A stretch of DNA of 64,000 bases, taken from contig JAZNVL010000017.1 of the NCBI GenBank assembly GCA_045592785.1, positions 1,505-65,504 on the forward strand, in the 5' to 3' direction. The notes under the pieces are model-generated. The model was not told the DNA's origin. It did no database searches and saw only the letters and a program-made list of their open reading frames with translations. This stretch comes from Victivallales bacterium (GTDB lineage Bacteria > Verrucomicrobiota > Lentisphaeria > Victivallales > UBA1829). Positions within the stretch are counted from its first letter, which is position 1. Every line of letters starts with the position of its first letter. Shown piece after piece: positions 30,658 to 40,725 of this stretch. The position numbers and the translations under genes were made by a program.

Positions 30658-32031
30658 TCAATTCCGGATCCGGTTACGGATGATCGGAGCAAGTACCGGG
30701 CGGAACCCGACACCGTTATTCTTTTCATTGGGCGGCATGAAGTCCCGGTGCGCCGGGCGCAGTTTACGGGGCACAACACCCCAGGAGCCGCCGCGGATGA
30801 CTTTACAGGGCAGTTCGGTATCCCATGTGCCGTCATCAAAGGGACGCAGTTGTGTGTAAACGACGGTTACCGGGGTATTCTGTACCGGGCTGACCGTCAC
30901 TTTGCTGTCCAGATAAGTGTAAGGGGAATACCAGTCATAACACCATTCCGCCACATTGCCGAGCATGTCATACAGTCCCCAGGCATTGGGCTTGAAGGAA
31001 CACACGGGAGCGGAAACGAGATACTTGTCATTGGCGGCGGGATCATCCAGGGCGGTCAAACGCCAGTCGAACTGCTTTGCGGAGCGGACATCCAACCCGT
31101 TGACATACAGTCCGCCTGTTTTCCCGAAGGAATCACCCCAGGGATAAACAGTATCGGTCCCGGCGCGGCACGCGTATTCCCATTCTGCTTCGGTGGGCAG
31201 ACGGTATTCATAGCCGGCGGGGATACGCCCTGCGTTCCGTTCCAGTTCGGTAAGTTTCTTGCAATAGAGCATAGCCTGATCCCACCGGACAGCGCACGCG
31301 GGCTGATCGGGAGTATCCAGAGTATATTCACCCCATTCCGCCACCTGGAACGTGGGGATGATCTTCCGGATCTGCCAGAACGTGACTTCGGTCCGGGCAA
31401 TCCAGAATTGATCGGCAATGGTGATCTCCCGCTGCGGCACTTCCGCTTTGGACAAGCCTTCCTGCGACTTATTGGAACGTCCCAGTTTGAACTTGCCATC
31501 GGGGATATGGACCATATCCAACATTCCACTGCGGCAAATGAAGTCCATGCCCTTCTGTCCGGGGGACGTGACCGCGGGAAATGAGTTCTGCAGGATGCGT
31601 TCGTATTCCAGGTTCCGCCGTGAGACTTCGCTGCGTGTTTCGGGGGCGCGGGTTGCGAGCATATCGGCGTAGCGGAACGCTTTCGCGGCGGCCTGTTCTT
31701 TTTCGTAAGGTTTTTTCTTTGGATCCTGGAACGTCGCTTCCAGTTTATCCAGGATACGGAATTGTCCGGCGATCCATTGTTTCCGTGCTTTCTGTGACTG
31801 GAAATAACGGCAGAGTCCCACCGCAGTCAGTGCGATCGCGCCGAGGATGACCAGTGACATAAAGATCCGGAAGATCCGCATTTTATGAGCTTCGTGCTGG
31901 ATAATGGTCTGGAGTTCCGGATTGAACTTGCTCATCCTTGCGCCCCGGACTTTTTCCGGATTTTTTTTCTGGAACAGGCTGTGCGGTTTGAATTTTACGC
32001 TTTCCTGTTCCTGTGTATTCTTTTCATCCAT
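30658..32031 (-). CDS. Membrane-anchored FGE-sulfatase/SUMF1-fold protein
   Basis: One N-terminal TM; RLPTEAEWEYACRAG, PNAWGLYDMLGNVAEW, RGGSW, GFR. Confidence 0.9.
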   Translation of the reverse strand: MDEKNTQEQESVKFKPHSLFQKKNPEKVRGARMSKFNPELQTIIQHEAHKMRIFRIFMSLVILGAIALTAVGLCRYFQSQKARKQWIAGQFRILDKLEATFQDPKKKPYEKEQAAAKAFRYADMLATRAPETRSEVSRRNLEYERILQNSFPAVTSPGQKGMDFICRSGMLDMVHIPDGKFKLGRSNKSQEGLSKAEVPQREITIADQFWIARTEVTFWQIRKIIPTFQVAEWGEYTLDTPDQPACAVRWDQAMLYCKKLTELERNAGRIPAGYEYRLPTEAEWEYACRAGTDTVYPWGDSFGKTGGLYVNGLDVRSAKQFDWRLTALDDPAANDKYLVSAPVCSFKPNAWGLYDMLGNVAEWCYDWYSPYTYLDSKVTVSPVQNTPVTVVYTQLRPFDDGTWDTELPCKVIRGGSWGVVPRKLRPAHRDFMPPNEKNNGVGFRPVLAPIIRNRIRN

Positions 32032-32057
32032 AGATCACCTGACTGTTGTCCGGAGGC

Positions 32058-33698
32058 TTATTGCAGTTCGTTCTGTTTGGCGACCAGCTGATCGGCGCCG
32101 TACATTTTCCGCAGTTTGGGCTTTTCGATCTTGCCCGTGGGATTCCGCGGGACTTCGGCGAAAATGATCTTGCGGGGTCTCTGATAACGGGGCAGACCGA
32201 TGCAGAAATCCTGGACTTCCGATTCTGTCAGCGTGGCACCTTCCTTCACCGAAATGATGGCGGCGGCGATCTCACCCAGACGGGGATCCGGGAGTCCGAT
32301 CACGGCAACGTCTTTGATGGCGTTGTGTTTCCGGAGGAAGTCTTCGATCTGTACGGGATACAGGTTCTCCCCGCCGGAAATGATCACGTCTTTCTTCCGA
32401 TCAACAAAATAGATGAACCCGTCTTCGGATTCCTCCGCCATGTCACCGGTATACAGCCAGCCGTCGTCGGAAAGCACTTCCGCCGTTGCTTTTTCATCTT
32501 TGTAATAACACTTCATCACGCCGGGTCCCTTGATCGCCAGTTCGCCGACGGAACCGCGCGGTACGGGATTGCGTTTATCATCCACGATCATGGTCTTCCA
32601 GCCATACCCGGCGACACCGATGGCGCCCACATGGTCGATATTTTCGATGCCCAGATGTACGGCACCGGGCCCGATGGATTCGCTCAACCCGTAATTGGTA
32701 TCGTAATCGTGATGGGGGAAGATCGCCTTCCAGCGTTTGATGAGACTGGGCGGGACAGGTTGCGCACCGATGTGCATCAACCGCCACTGATCCAGTTTGT
32801 AATCATCCAGTTTGATGGCATCGCGGTCGATGGCATCCAGAATATCCTGTGCCCAGGGGACCAGGAGCCACACCACAGTACAGCGTTCTTCGGAGACTGC
32901 CTGAATGATCCATTCGGGCTTGGTCCCTTTGAGCAGAACAGCTTTCCCGCCCACCAGGAAACTGCCGAACCAGTGCATCTTCGCGCCGGTATGGTAAAGC
33001 GGAGGGATACAGAGGAAGACGTCATCCCGTGTCTGCTTGTGGTGATTCTGTTCCACTTTGCAGGAGAAGGAAAGACTTTCGTGATTATGCAGGATCGCCT
33101 TGGGGAACCCGGTGGTCCCGGAAGAGAAATAAATGGCGGCATCTTCGGATTCGGTCAGCGGGATCGCGGGGGATTTGCTGGAACAATAGGAAGCATAGCC
33201 GTAATAAGATTCTGCGAAAGAGGGACAGTCTTCGCCCACATAAAGGAGGGTTTTGACTCTGGGGATCCGGTCACAAATGGCTTCCACACGTCCGGTGAAT
33301 GTGGGGCCGAAGATAAGGACATCCACATCTGCCAGTTCGAGACAGTATTTGATCTCTTCGGCGGTGTAGCGGAAATTGAGGGGGACCGCGACGGCACCGC
33401 TTTTGAGTATACCGAAATAGATGGGGAGCCATTCCAGACAGTTCATGAGGAGAATGGCGACCTTGTTTCCTTTGGTGATATGTCTTGTGAGGAGCAGATT
33501 CGCCAGCCGGTTTGCTTTGTGATCGAACTCTTTCCATGTGATTTCGGAGCGGAACGAATCACTGCGTGACGGTTCCATGAGTGAAAATTCCCGCCAGGTG
33601 ACGTGTCTGGCATCCATTTCCTGCGGGTTGAGTTCCACCAATGCTACGTCATCGCCGTAGAGTTTTGCATTCATTTCGAGAATATCTGTAATAGGCAT
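32058..33698 (-). CDS. Acyl-CoA synthetase (AMP-forming, class I adenylate-forming enzyme)
   Basis: YFSSGTTGFPK, YGLSE, YTGD, DRKKDVIISGGEN, PRNPTGK. Confidence 0.93.
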   Translation of the reverse strand: MPITDILEMNAKLYGDDVALVELNPQEMDARHVTWREFSLMEPSRSDSFRSEITWKEFDHKANRLANLLLTRHITKGNKVAILLMNCLEWLPIYFGILKSGAVAVPLNFRYTAEEIKYCLELADVDVLIFGPTFTGRVEAICDRIPRVKTLLYVGEDCPSFAESYYGYASYCSSKSPAIPLTESEDAAIYFSSGTTGFPKAILHNHESLSFSCKVEQNHHKQTRDDVFLCIPPLYHTGAKMHWFGSFLVGGKAVLLKGTKPEWIIQAVSEERCTVVWLLVPWAQDILDAIDRDAIKLDDYKLDQWRLMHIGAQPVPPSLIKRWKAIFPHHDYDTNYGLSESIGPGAVHLGIENIDHVGAIGVAGYGWKTMIVDDKRNPVPRGSVGELAIKGPGVMKCYYKDEKATAEVLSDDGWLYTGDMAEESEDGFIYFVDRKKDVIISGGENLYPVQIEDFLRKHNAIKDVAVIGLPDPRLGEIAAAIISVKEGATLTESEVQDFCIGLPRYQRPRKIIFAEVPRNPTGKIEKPKLRKMYGADQLVAKQNELQ

Positions 33699-33713
33699 CG
33701 CTTGCTTCCTTGC

Positions 33714-34088
33714 TTACTGGTTGTCCTCGGCATCTTCTGCCTGTTGTCTGGCGCGGAGATGTTTCTTTGCCAGTTCAATGATTTCCAGAAGTTTCTGGTA
33801 TTGGACATCGGGCGGCAGTTCATCAAAAGCATCCAGAAGGATCTTCTGGTCGGCAGTCAATTCCAATCCATGCTTCACTTTTTCGGAAGCACTCCGGGGA
33901 AGATACGCCTGGATCACAGGCTGGATCTTATCCCATGTTTCCTGGGGGATGTTTTTGGTCTCTCTGCGCATATATTTGGAAACGGTATTTGCACTGACAT
34001 TGACGAACCGGGCGAAATCCTGAATGGAATCGAACCCGTCTTCGATGCACCCGTGCAGTGCCTTGATGATATCATCGGTCAACTTCAT
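33714..34088 (-). CDS. XRE-like helix-turn-helix regulator
   Basis: SIQDFARFVNVSANTVSKYMR HTH; LTADQKILLDAFDELP repressor-type tail. Confidence 0.75.
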   Translation of the reverse strand: MKLTDDIIKALHGCIEDGFDSIQDFARFVNVSANTVSKYMRRETKNIPQETWDKIQPVIQAYLPRSASEKVKHGLELTADQKILLDAFDELPPDVQYQKLLEIIELAKKHLRARQQAEDAEDNQ

Positions 34089-34110
34089 GATGAACTGCCT
34101 CCTTCCGGCA

Positions 34111-35139
34111 TCAGACTTCCATCAGCCAGCCGTGCGTGTCTTCCACTTCACCGTACTGGATCCCGGTCAAACGGTCGTAGAGTTTTTTGGAAACCGGACC
34201 GCAATCGTTGCAGTATTCGAAGACTTTATCGCCGTAAGTGATGGAAGAGATGGGTGTGATGACCACAGCGGTACCGCAAGCCGCGACTTCCACGAAATCC
34301 GCCAGTTCATCCACATGGATCGGGCGTTTTTCCACGGTGATACCCAGGTCGGCAGCCACCTGCATCAGCGACATATTCGTGACGCTGGGGAGGATGGAGG
34401 CGGAATCGCTGGTGACGTATTTTCCGTCTTTCGTGATCGCCAGGAAGTTACTGGTCCCGAACTCATCGATGTATTTGTGTTCCTTCGGATCCAGGAAGAG
34501 CGGAATGGGGAATCCGCGCTGTTTCGCCAACTTGGCAGGCATCAGACTGGCACCGTAGTTCCCGGCAACTTTGTAACGGCCCATACCAAGCGGTGCCGCA
34601 CGGTCATAATCTTCAACGATGAGGGACGGCACGCCATGGAGTCCGCCTTTGTAATATGCGCCCACAGGCATGACCATCACGAGGAAGTCATACATATCGG
34701 CGGGAGCCACCCCGATCTGGGGACCGGTCCCGATATAGAGCGGGCGGATATAGAGAGAGCCGCCGGAACCATAGGGCGGGACGTAATCGATGTTATCGCG
34801 GACGACCCGGCGGATGGCATCGCAGAACATTTCTTCGGGGATCTCGGGGGAGATGAGCTGATGCACGGTGCTGTTCATGCGTGCGCCGTTCGCCTGGGGG
34901 CGGAATACGCGTACTTTTCCATCTTTGCAGCGGAACGCCTTCAATCCTTCGAAGGCAGCCTGTCCGTAATGGAGACAGGTGGCGGCGATGGACATGTTGA
35001 TGTAATGATCGCCGGAAAGAGTTCCCTGACTCCAGGCGCCGTCTTTCCAGGTGTAACGGATGTGAGAGCGGACCGGCGTATACTGGAATCCGAGGGATGC
35101 CCAGTCAATGTCGGTTCTTGGTTCGCAGTTGCATGTCAT
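34111..35139 (-). CDS. ilvE: Branched-chain amino acid aminotransferase
   Basis: LHYGQAAFEGLKA, LYIRP, KVAGNY, ILPSVT, CGTAVVITPI. Confidence 0.95.
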   Translation of the reverse strand: MTCNCEPRTDIDWASLGFQYTPVRSHIRYTWKDGAWSQGTLSGDHYINMSIAATCLHYGQAAFEGLKAFRCKDGKVRVFRPQANGARMNSTVHQLISPEIPEEMFCDAIRRVVRDNIDYVPPYGSGGSLYIRPLYIGTGPQIGVAPADMYDFLVMVMPVGAYYKGGLHGVPSLIVEDYDRAAPLGMGRYKVAGNYGASLMPAKLAKQRGFPIPLFLDPKEHKYIDEFGTSNFLAITKDGKYVTSDSASILPSVTNMSLMQVAADLGITVEKRPIHVDELADFVEVAACGTAVVITPISSITYGDKVFEYCNDCGPVSKKLYDRLTGIQYGEVEDTHGWLMEV

Positions 35140-35333
35140 AATACATACTCCAATTTCTATTTTTTTATTTTTGGCATGATAATCACGCCGTTTTTTGACT
35201 AACATAGTAACAATTTAACACCTTTTTCTGCATTTGTCAATTTTTTTTTAAAAAACTAATTGAAAAAATGCCATTCAGGGTATAAATTTATATAGGTTTC
35301 TGAACAATCAACTAAAAATAGAAGGCTTTTTCC

Positions 35334-35984
35334 ATGAAAATTGCAAAAAATCTGTCGTTTGCAGTACTCGTCTGCATTTCCGCAACCATGACTACCGCTT
35401 GCAGCTGGTGGCAGGATGATAAAGAAGATGAGATCAATCAGTTCTATCAGCCCGATGACGGAATCGTGAAGGCTCGGGATCAGATCGGTACCGGTGATGG
35501 ATTCGGTGATGACAGTATCGATCTGACCGGGTTGGATGGTACCGATGGAGGTACGGACAAAGACGGCGTCGGCGAATGGGGCGAAGATCCCGGGATCAAC
35601 GGTGCGGATTACATCGAAGGATTCGGTGCCCGGATCCCCGGTGTGGAATTTGAACCGCTGTACTTCCTTTTCGACCAGGATCTTATTCTGCAGACCGAAG
35701 AATATAAACTCAATGCTGTGGTGGATTACCTGAAAAACAATGCAAAAGCCGGCGTTGTCATTGAGGGGAACTGCGACAGCCGCGGTACCACCGAATACAA
35801 CCGTGCGCTCGGTGAAAAACGCGCCATCATTGCCAAGACTTATCTGATCAATCACGGCATCGCCGAAACCCGGATCAAAACCGTCAGCTACGGCGAAGAA
35901 CGTCCCGCCCAGCCCGGTGAAACCGAAGAAGCACACAGCTACAACCGTCGCGATGAATTCGTTCCGGTGTATCTGAAAAAATAA
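35334..35984 (+). CDS. pal: Pal/OmpA-family peptidoglycan-associated lipoprotein
   Basis: Lipobox TTAC; IEGNCDSRGTTEYNRALGEKRA, SYGEERP, NRRDEF. Confidence 0.9.
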   Translation: MKIAKNLSFAVLVCISATMTTACSWWQDDKEDEINQFYQPDDGIVKARDQIGTGDGFGDDSIDLTGLDGTDGGTDKDGVGEWGEDPGINGADYIEGFGARIPGVEFEPLYFLFDQDLILQTEEYKLNAVVDYLKNNAKAGVVIEGNCDSRGTTEYNRALGEKRAIIAKTYLINHGIAETRIKTVSYGEERPAQPGETEEAHSYNRRDEFVPVYLKK

Positions 35985-36008
35985 TATTCCAAAAACAGGA
36001 GAAATAAC

Positions 36009-37043
36009 ATGATGAAAAAGCTCATCCTCGGTTCCATGATCGCAGTTGCTGCGGTCTTCGCTGCGCCCGTTTTCGCACAAAAAGCTCCGGCTGTTCCGGC
36101 AAATACTGCATCCCTGCTGAAACTGATCCCCGCAGATTCCCAGTTCGCTTTTTCCGGTAACGGTTCTGCTATTGTCAACAGCAAATTCCTCAATAAACTG
36201 GCCGAAATGTTCGCCCAGAAAACGATCACTGCTCTCCTGCAGGAAAACGGTGTCAATGCCGATGATATGAACAGTGTCACGGTTGGTGCGGTCAAGTTTA
36301 TCGATGTGAAGAAAGGGAAAGTTGAAGTGACCGGTGCCACCAAATACAGCAGAAATAATGCGGAAAAATTGTTTGACAATATGGTCAAAGAATCAAAAGA
36401 AGAGCTGGCAAAAGAAAAGGAAGCGGTCACACTGAAAGAAATCAAAGTCGACGGGCGGAAAGCCATCACTTTGAATGGAGTGAAAGATGGTTATGCGTTT
36501 TCCGCATTGATCATTCAGGCTTCTCCCGATACCATCCAGTTCCGGATCGGCGTGGGTGAAGGTGTTGTGCCTGCACAGAAACTCATTCCTTTCCTCGGGA
36601 CTCCTTGCAAACTGGCAGCCTCTCTCAATCTCAAGAGTGCTTTCTCTATCGCTCTCAATATGGAAAATGTGATGAAACTCATGTCAACGGAAGAAGCGCA
36701 GAACAATCCCATGCTGGCAGGGTTGTCCCTTGTCGCTCTGAATGTCGAAGAAACACAGGATTCCGTCAAGGCAAAGCTGGATATTACGACCAGCACCGTG
36801 GATGCCGCACCCATGTATCAGATGCAGGCTGCTCAAATGCTGGAAATGTGCAAGCAGGATCCCAACACCAAAGCATTTGCCGATGCCGTTACAATGAAAC
36901 TTGATGCCAATGTTCTTACCCTCCAGGCAGTATTCCCCACTGCCATGCTGCTGGAAAAGATCGTGGAAGCACAGAAAGCCGCCGCTCAAAAGCAGGCGGC
37001 GCCCGCCGCTGCCCCGGCCCCGGCTCCCGCGCCCGCGAAATAA
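36009..37043 (+). CDS. Exported hypothetical protein
   Basis: Signal peptide, RBS AGGA, host-like codon usage, Ala/Pro tail; family not recognised. Confidence 0.8.
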   Translation: MMKKLILGSMIAVAAVFAAPVFAQKAPAVPANTASLLKLIPADSQFAFSGNGSAIVNSKFLNKLAEMFAQKTITALLQENGVNADDMNSVTVGAVKFIDVKKGKVEVTGATKYSRNNAEKLFDNMVKESKEELAKEKEAVTLKEIKVDGRKAITLNGVKDGYAFSALIIQASPDTIQFRIGVGEGVVPAQKLIPFLGTPCKLAASLNLKSAFSIALNMENVMKLMSTEEAQNNPMLAGLSLVALNVEETQDSVKAKLDITTSTVDAAPMYQMQAAQMLEMCKQDPNTKAFADAVTMKLDANVLTLQAVFPTAMLLEKIVEAQKAAAQKQAAPAAAPAPAPAPAK

Positions 37044-37066
37044 GTTTTACTGTATCAAACAACATC

Positions 37067-37101
37067 AAGACTGCCGGAACGCTCCCGGCAGTCTTTTTTT
37101 T
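37067..37101 (+). terminator. Intrinsic terminator
   Basis: AAGACTGCCGG / CCGGCAGTCTT stem plus T run. Confidence 0.85.
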
Positions 37102-37116
37102 CGAAAGGATCTTTTT

Positions 37117-38916
37117 ATGGCTGACCTTCTCAAACATTCCCAGGTCGATGAATCCATGACCTGGGACCTCACGGATCTTTATCCCGATGCAAAAGCATGG
37201 GAGGATGATTTCAAACGGCTGGATGAGGCCCTGGCGCAGTTTCTGAAATGGCAGGGACATCTCGGTGACTCTCCGGAGTCGCTCCTTGCCGCGTTCAAAG
37301 ACTCCGATGCCCTCGGCAGACTGGAAGAAAAACTCTACACTTACGCTCATTTGCGTAAGGATGAAGATACCACCGACTCCAATGCCGGCGGAAGATGCAG
37401 CCGTATCGAAGCAAAAGCCGCCGAAATCAGCGGGCAGACCGCATGGTTCGATCCCGAACTGATGCAGATCCCTGTGGAAAAGTTCGAACAGTTCCGCAAC
37501 GATCCCATTCTGGCTTTTTACAAACGTACTTTGGATGAAACGGAACGGGAACGGCCTCACACATTGAGCAGTGCGGAGGAACGGATCCTGGGAATGAGTT
37601 CCGATGTCTTCGGCACATCACACCGGGTCTTTTCCCTGCTGAACGATGCCGATCTCAAATTTCCGAAAATCAAAAATGAGGAAGGGAAACGGGTCACGCT
37701 TTCGCACGGGACCTACCGGAAATATATGGAGTCTTCCAACCGGGATGTACGCCGTGCTGCGTTCCGCGGACTGCATAAGACTTTCGGCGATTTCCGCAAT
37801 ACCTTTGCCAATCTGCTGGAATCCACTGTGAAAGCCAACTGTCTTTCTGCAAAACTGCGCCATTATCCGGATGCGTTGTCCGCCGCGTTGGCGGGGGCAA
37901 ATATCCCCGTGGAAGTATACCGGACACTGATCAAAACCGTGCGGGCGAGTTTCCCCTCGTATTACCCGTATTTTGCGTATCGCGCGGAACGCATGGGGTT
38001 GGAACAGTTGGAGATGTTTGATATTCAGAACAGCATCGTCACGGAAGTCCCGGAACGCAAATATTCCTGGCAGGAAGCAACGGAACTCGTCACGGCGGCA
38101 TGTCGTCCGCTGGGTGAGGAATACCAACGGGAAATGCGTCATGCGTTCACCGATCGCTGGATCGACATCCCGGAATGTAAGGGAAAACGGTCCGGTGCTT
38201 ATTCCTGGGGGTGTTATGACTCCAATCCCTACATGTTGCTCAATTTCAACGGGACATTGGACGATGTTTCCACGCTTGCCCATGAGCTGGGACACTCCAT
38301 GCACAGTTATTTCTCCCACAAGAATCAGGAATACCATTACGCTTCCTATCATATTTTTGCGGCGGAGATCGCTTCCACCACCAACGAACTTCTGCTGCAT
38401 CACAGCCTGATGCAGTCTTCCACCGATCCTGCATTCCGGGCGTATCTTCTGAATAATCTTCTGGATACCATCCGGGGCACATTCTACCGTCAGACCATGT
38501 TCGCGGAATTCGAATTGATGCTCCATGAAAAATGCGAAGCCGGGGAACCGCTGACTGCCGATCTGCTCTGCGAAGAATACATGGCACTCAATGCGGCATA
38601 TCACGGTCCCGCTGTGGCACAAACGCCGGAAGTCCGTTTCGAATGGGCGCGGATCCCCCATTTCCATTACGGGTTCTATGTGTATCAGTATGCAACCGGG
38701 ATCTCGGCGGCGGCAGCATTTGTCCGCAAGATCCTCGCCGGGGAAACGGAACCGTATTTGAACTTCCTGAAAGCCGGGGATTCCAGAGATGTGATGGATA
38801 TAATGAAAGATGCCGGCGTGGACTTCACCACACCGGCACCTGCTGAAGCGACTGCGACTCTCTTTGCGGAGACGCTTTCCCAGTTGAAGACCACATTATC
38901 CGCTTGCGGAAAATAA
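37117..38916 (+). CDS. pepF: Oligoendopeptidase F (M3B)
   Basis: TWDLTDLY, GKRSGAYS, AHELGHSMH (HEXXH), AEIAST, WARIPHF...YVYQYA. Confidence 0.95.
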   Translation: MADLLKHSQVDESMTWDLTDLYPDAKAWEDDFKRLDEALAQFLKWQGHLGDSPESLLAAFKDSDALGRLEEKLYTYAHLRKDEDTTDSNAGGRCSRIEAKAAEISGQTAWFDPELMQIPVEKFEQFRNDPILAFYKRTLDETERERPHTLSSAEERILGMSSDVFGTSHRVFSLLNDADLKFPKIKNEEGKRVTLSHGTYRKYMESSNRDVRRAAFRGLHKTFGDFRNTFANLLESTVKANCLSAKLRHYPDALSAALAGANIPVEVYRTLIKTVRASFPSYYPYFAYRAERMGLEQLEMFDIQNSIVTEVPERKYSWQEATELVTAACRPLGEEYQREMRHAFTDRWIDIPECKGKRSGAYSWGCYDSNPYMLLNFNGTLDDVSTLAHELGHSMHSYFSHKNQEYHYASYHIFAAEIASTTNELLLHHSLMQSSTDPAFRAYLLNNLLDTIRGTFYRQTMFAEFELMLHEKCEAGEPLTADLLCEEYMALNAAYHGPAVAQTPEVRFEWARIPHFHYGFYVYQYATGISAAAAFVRKILAGETEPYLNFLKAGDSRDVMDIMKDAGVDFTTPAPAEATATLFAETLSQLKTTLSACGK

Positions 38917-38932
38917 GGTCTTTTCAAGGATC

Positions 38933-39685
38933 TTATTTTTCGCTTCCGCCACAGCTTCTGGCTCCATCAATGGAGACACAGGTCCCGCTGATGTAAGCGC
39001 TGTTTTCGGAACTCAAAAACAGGATCAGATTCACCACTTCGATCACTTCCGCCGCTCTGCCCATAGGCGTTTTCATATTCGCCATGGCAGGGCGGGTCAA
39101 CACCGGCCCCGGGGCGATGGCAACGGACCGGATCCCGCGGGATGCACCGTACAGCGCCAGGGATTTCGTCATCCCGATCAAACCGGCTTTGGATGCGGCG
39201 TATTCCACCGATGCGGCACTGCCGGTCACACCGTCAACGGAACTCATATTGATAATGACACCGTGCTGGTTTTTGACCATGAGGGGCATGACGGCACGGG
39301 CAAAATACAATGCGCCGCGCAGGTTGACACCGATCCCCCATTCCAGGGTTTCGTATTTGATATTTTCGAACTGCCAGTCATCCTGACACATCCGGGAGGA
39401 ATTGCCCCCCGCCGCGTTCAGAAGGATATCCACTTTCCCGAAGGTTTCCTCCGTGAATTTGACGCAGTCTTCCACCTGATGCCAGTCACGGACATCCACC
39501 TGGAATGCAGCGGCTTTTCCGCCTGCTTCCCGGATCTTTGCCGCGGCTTCTTCCGCGCTTGCGCCGTTATAGTCCGCAAGGACTACATTCGCACCGCGCC
39601 GTGCCATTTCCTGTGCGGTGAGCAGGGCCATGCCGGAGGCACCGCCGGTGAGGATCGCCGTTTTTCCTGAAAAATCAAGTTTCAT
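38933..39685 (-). CDS. Short-chain dehydrogenase/reductase
   Basis: TGGASGMA, NAAG, YAASK. Confidence 0.93.
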   Translation of the reverse strand: MKLDFSGKTAILTGGASGMALLTAQEMARRGANVVLADYNGASAEEAAAKIREAGGKAAAFQVDVRDWHQVEDCVKFTEETFGKVDILLNAAGGNSSRMCQDDWQFENIKYETLEWGIGVNLRGALYFARAVMPLMVKNQHGVIINMSSVDGVTGSAASVEYAASKAGLIGMTKSLALYGASRGIRSVAIAPGPVLTRPAMANMKTPMGRAAEVIEVVNLILFLSSENSAYISGTCVSIDGARSCGGSEK

Positions 39686-40725
39686 AATGTTTCCTTTCCT
39701 GGTATAATGTTTTCATAGCCGGAGGCTGCCAGCAGAACTTCCTGCACAAGAAGATCGTGTTCGCGGGTGCGCAATGTGGGGGCTTCCCCGCGGACGGCTC
39801 TGGCAAATGCCTCCAGATGTTTCTGATGACGGTCACGTCCCTGATTGAACCGGATCGTGTGACATCCCGCCGGGAATGTGCCCCGGTCTTCTGCCAAACG
39901 CAGTTCCAGTTCCACATCCACGCCGTCGAACCGTTCCAGCGGAGTGAACGTGATGGAGCCCCTGTCGCCCATGATCCGCATACGGCGTCCGACGGTATTT
40001 TCCACCACCTTGCTGCACGCGTGAAGCGTAACGATGTTATTGGGATATTCCAGAATGGCGGTACAGTTGTTTTTGATTTCCGGGGGGTATCCCGGGGCGG
40101 ACCGGAGAATGGGCGTCACTTTTTCGGGACAGCCGAAGAATGTGACGATGGAGTCGATGAGGTGACACCCGAGATTATACATGATGCCGCCTTTGAGTTT
40201 GCCCATATATTCCTGATAGGGTTCCCCGCCGTAACAGTGATTCATATCCACTTCCACGGCAGAGACCTCGCCGATGAGTTTATCGGCGATGGCTTTCTGA
40301 CAGAAATCGAACATGGGATTCACGCGGAACATATACCCCATTTCGAAGGGCAGGTTTTTCGCCTTGAATCCGGCAAGAAGTTTCTTGAATTCCGCCAGAT
40401 CATTGCCGCCCGGTTTATCCATGTAAACGGGGATCCCCCGTTCCATGAACATCATGGCGGTGGGTACAAGATCATAGTTCCCGGTTTCCACGGCGACGGC
40501 ATCCAGTTCCGGATCGTTGAACACGTCTTCCAGGGTGATTTTTTTCACCCCGTCGTAAGGATCCAGATTGGCGGGGTTCATATACGCCGGATGAAGCGTG
40601 AGTTCTTCCCGGTCATCCACATACCCGGCGATATCGAAGATATCCTGCCGGATTTTCAGGGAAGTGATCGCGGAACAGGCGTGTTCGTGGGTCACACCGA
40701 TTTGTGCGATACGAACTTTTTTCAT
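39682..40725 (-). CDS. Gfo/Idh/MocA-family oxidoreductase
   Basis: RIAQIGVTHEHA, MDKPGG, GYMFR, NLGCHLID. Confidence 0.88.
   Translation of the reverse strand: MKKVRIAQIGVTHEHACSAITSLKIRQDIFDIAGYVDDREELTLHPAYMNPANLDPYDGVKKITLEDVFNDPELDAVAVETGNYDLVPTAMMFMERGIPVYMDKPGGNDLAEFKKLLAGFKAKNLPFEMGYMFRVNPMFDFCQKAIADKLIGEVSAVEVDMNHCYGGEPYQEYMGKLKGGIMYNLGCHLIDSIVTFFGCPEKVTPILRSAPGYPPEIKNNCTAILEYPNNIVTLHACSKVVENTVGRRMRIMGDRGSITFTPLERFDGVDVELELRLAEDRGTFPAGCHTIRFNQGRDRHQKHLEAFARAVRGEAPTLRTREHDLLVQEVLLAASGYENIIPGKETL

Noticed and set aside
30658-30800. FGE/CLec-fold C-terminus as a diversity-generating retroelement target
   Set aside because: No template repeat, reverse transcriptase or adenine-variant copy was seen in the window. 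The catalytic FGE cysteines are also absent, so it is not called a sulfatase maturase.
36901-37116. Long N-terminal extensions in the ORF track for pepF (also mnmG, metG, comF, ilvE, rnhC)
   Set aside because: They cross upstream genes, terminators or promoters; downstream ATGs match the family starts.
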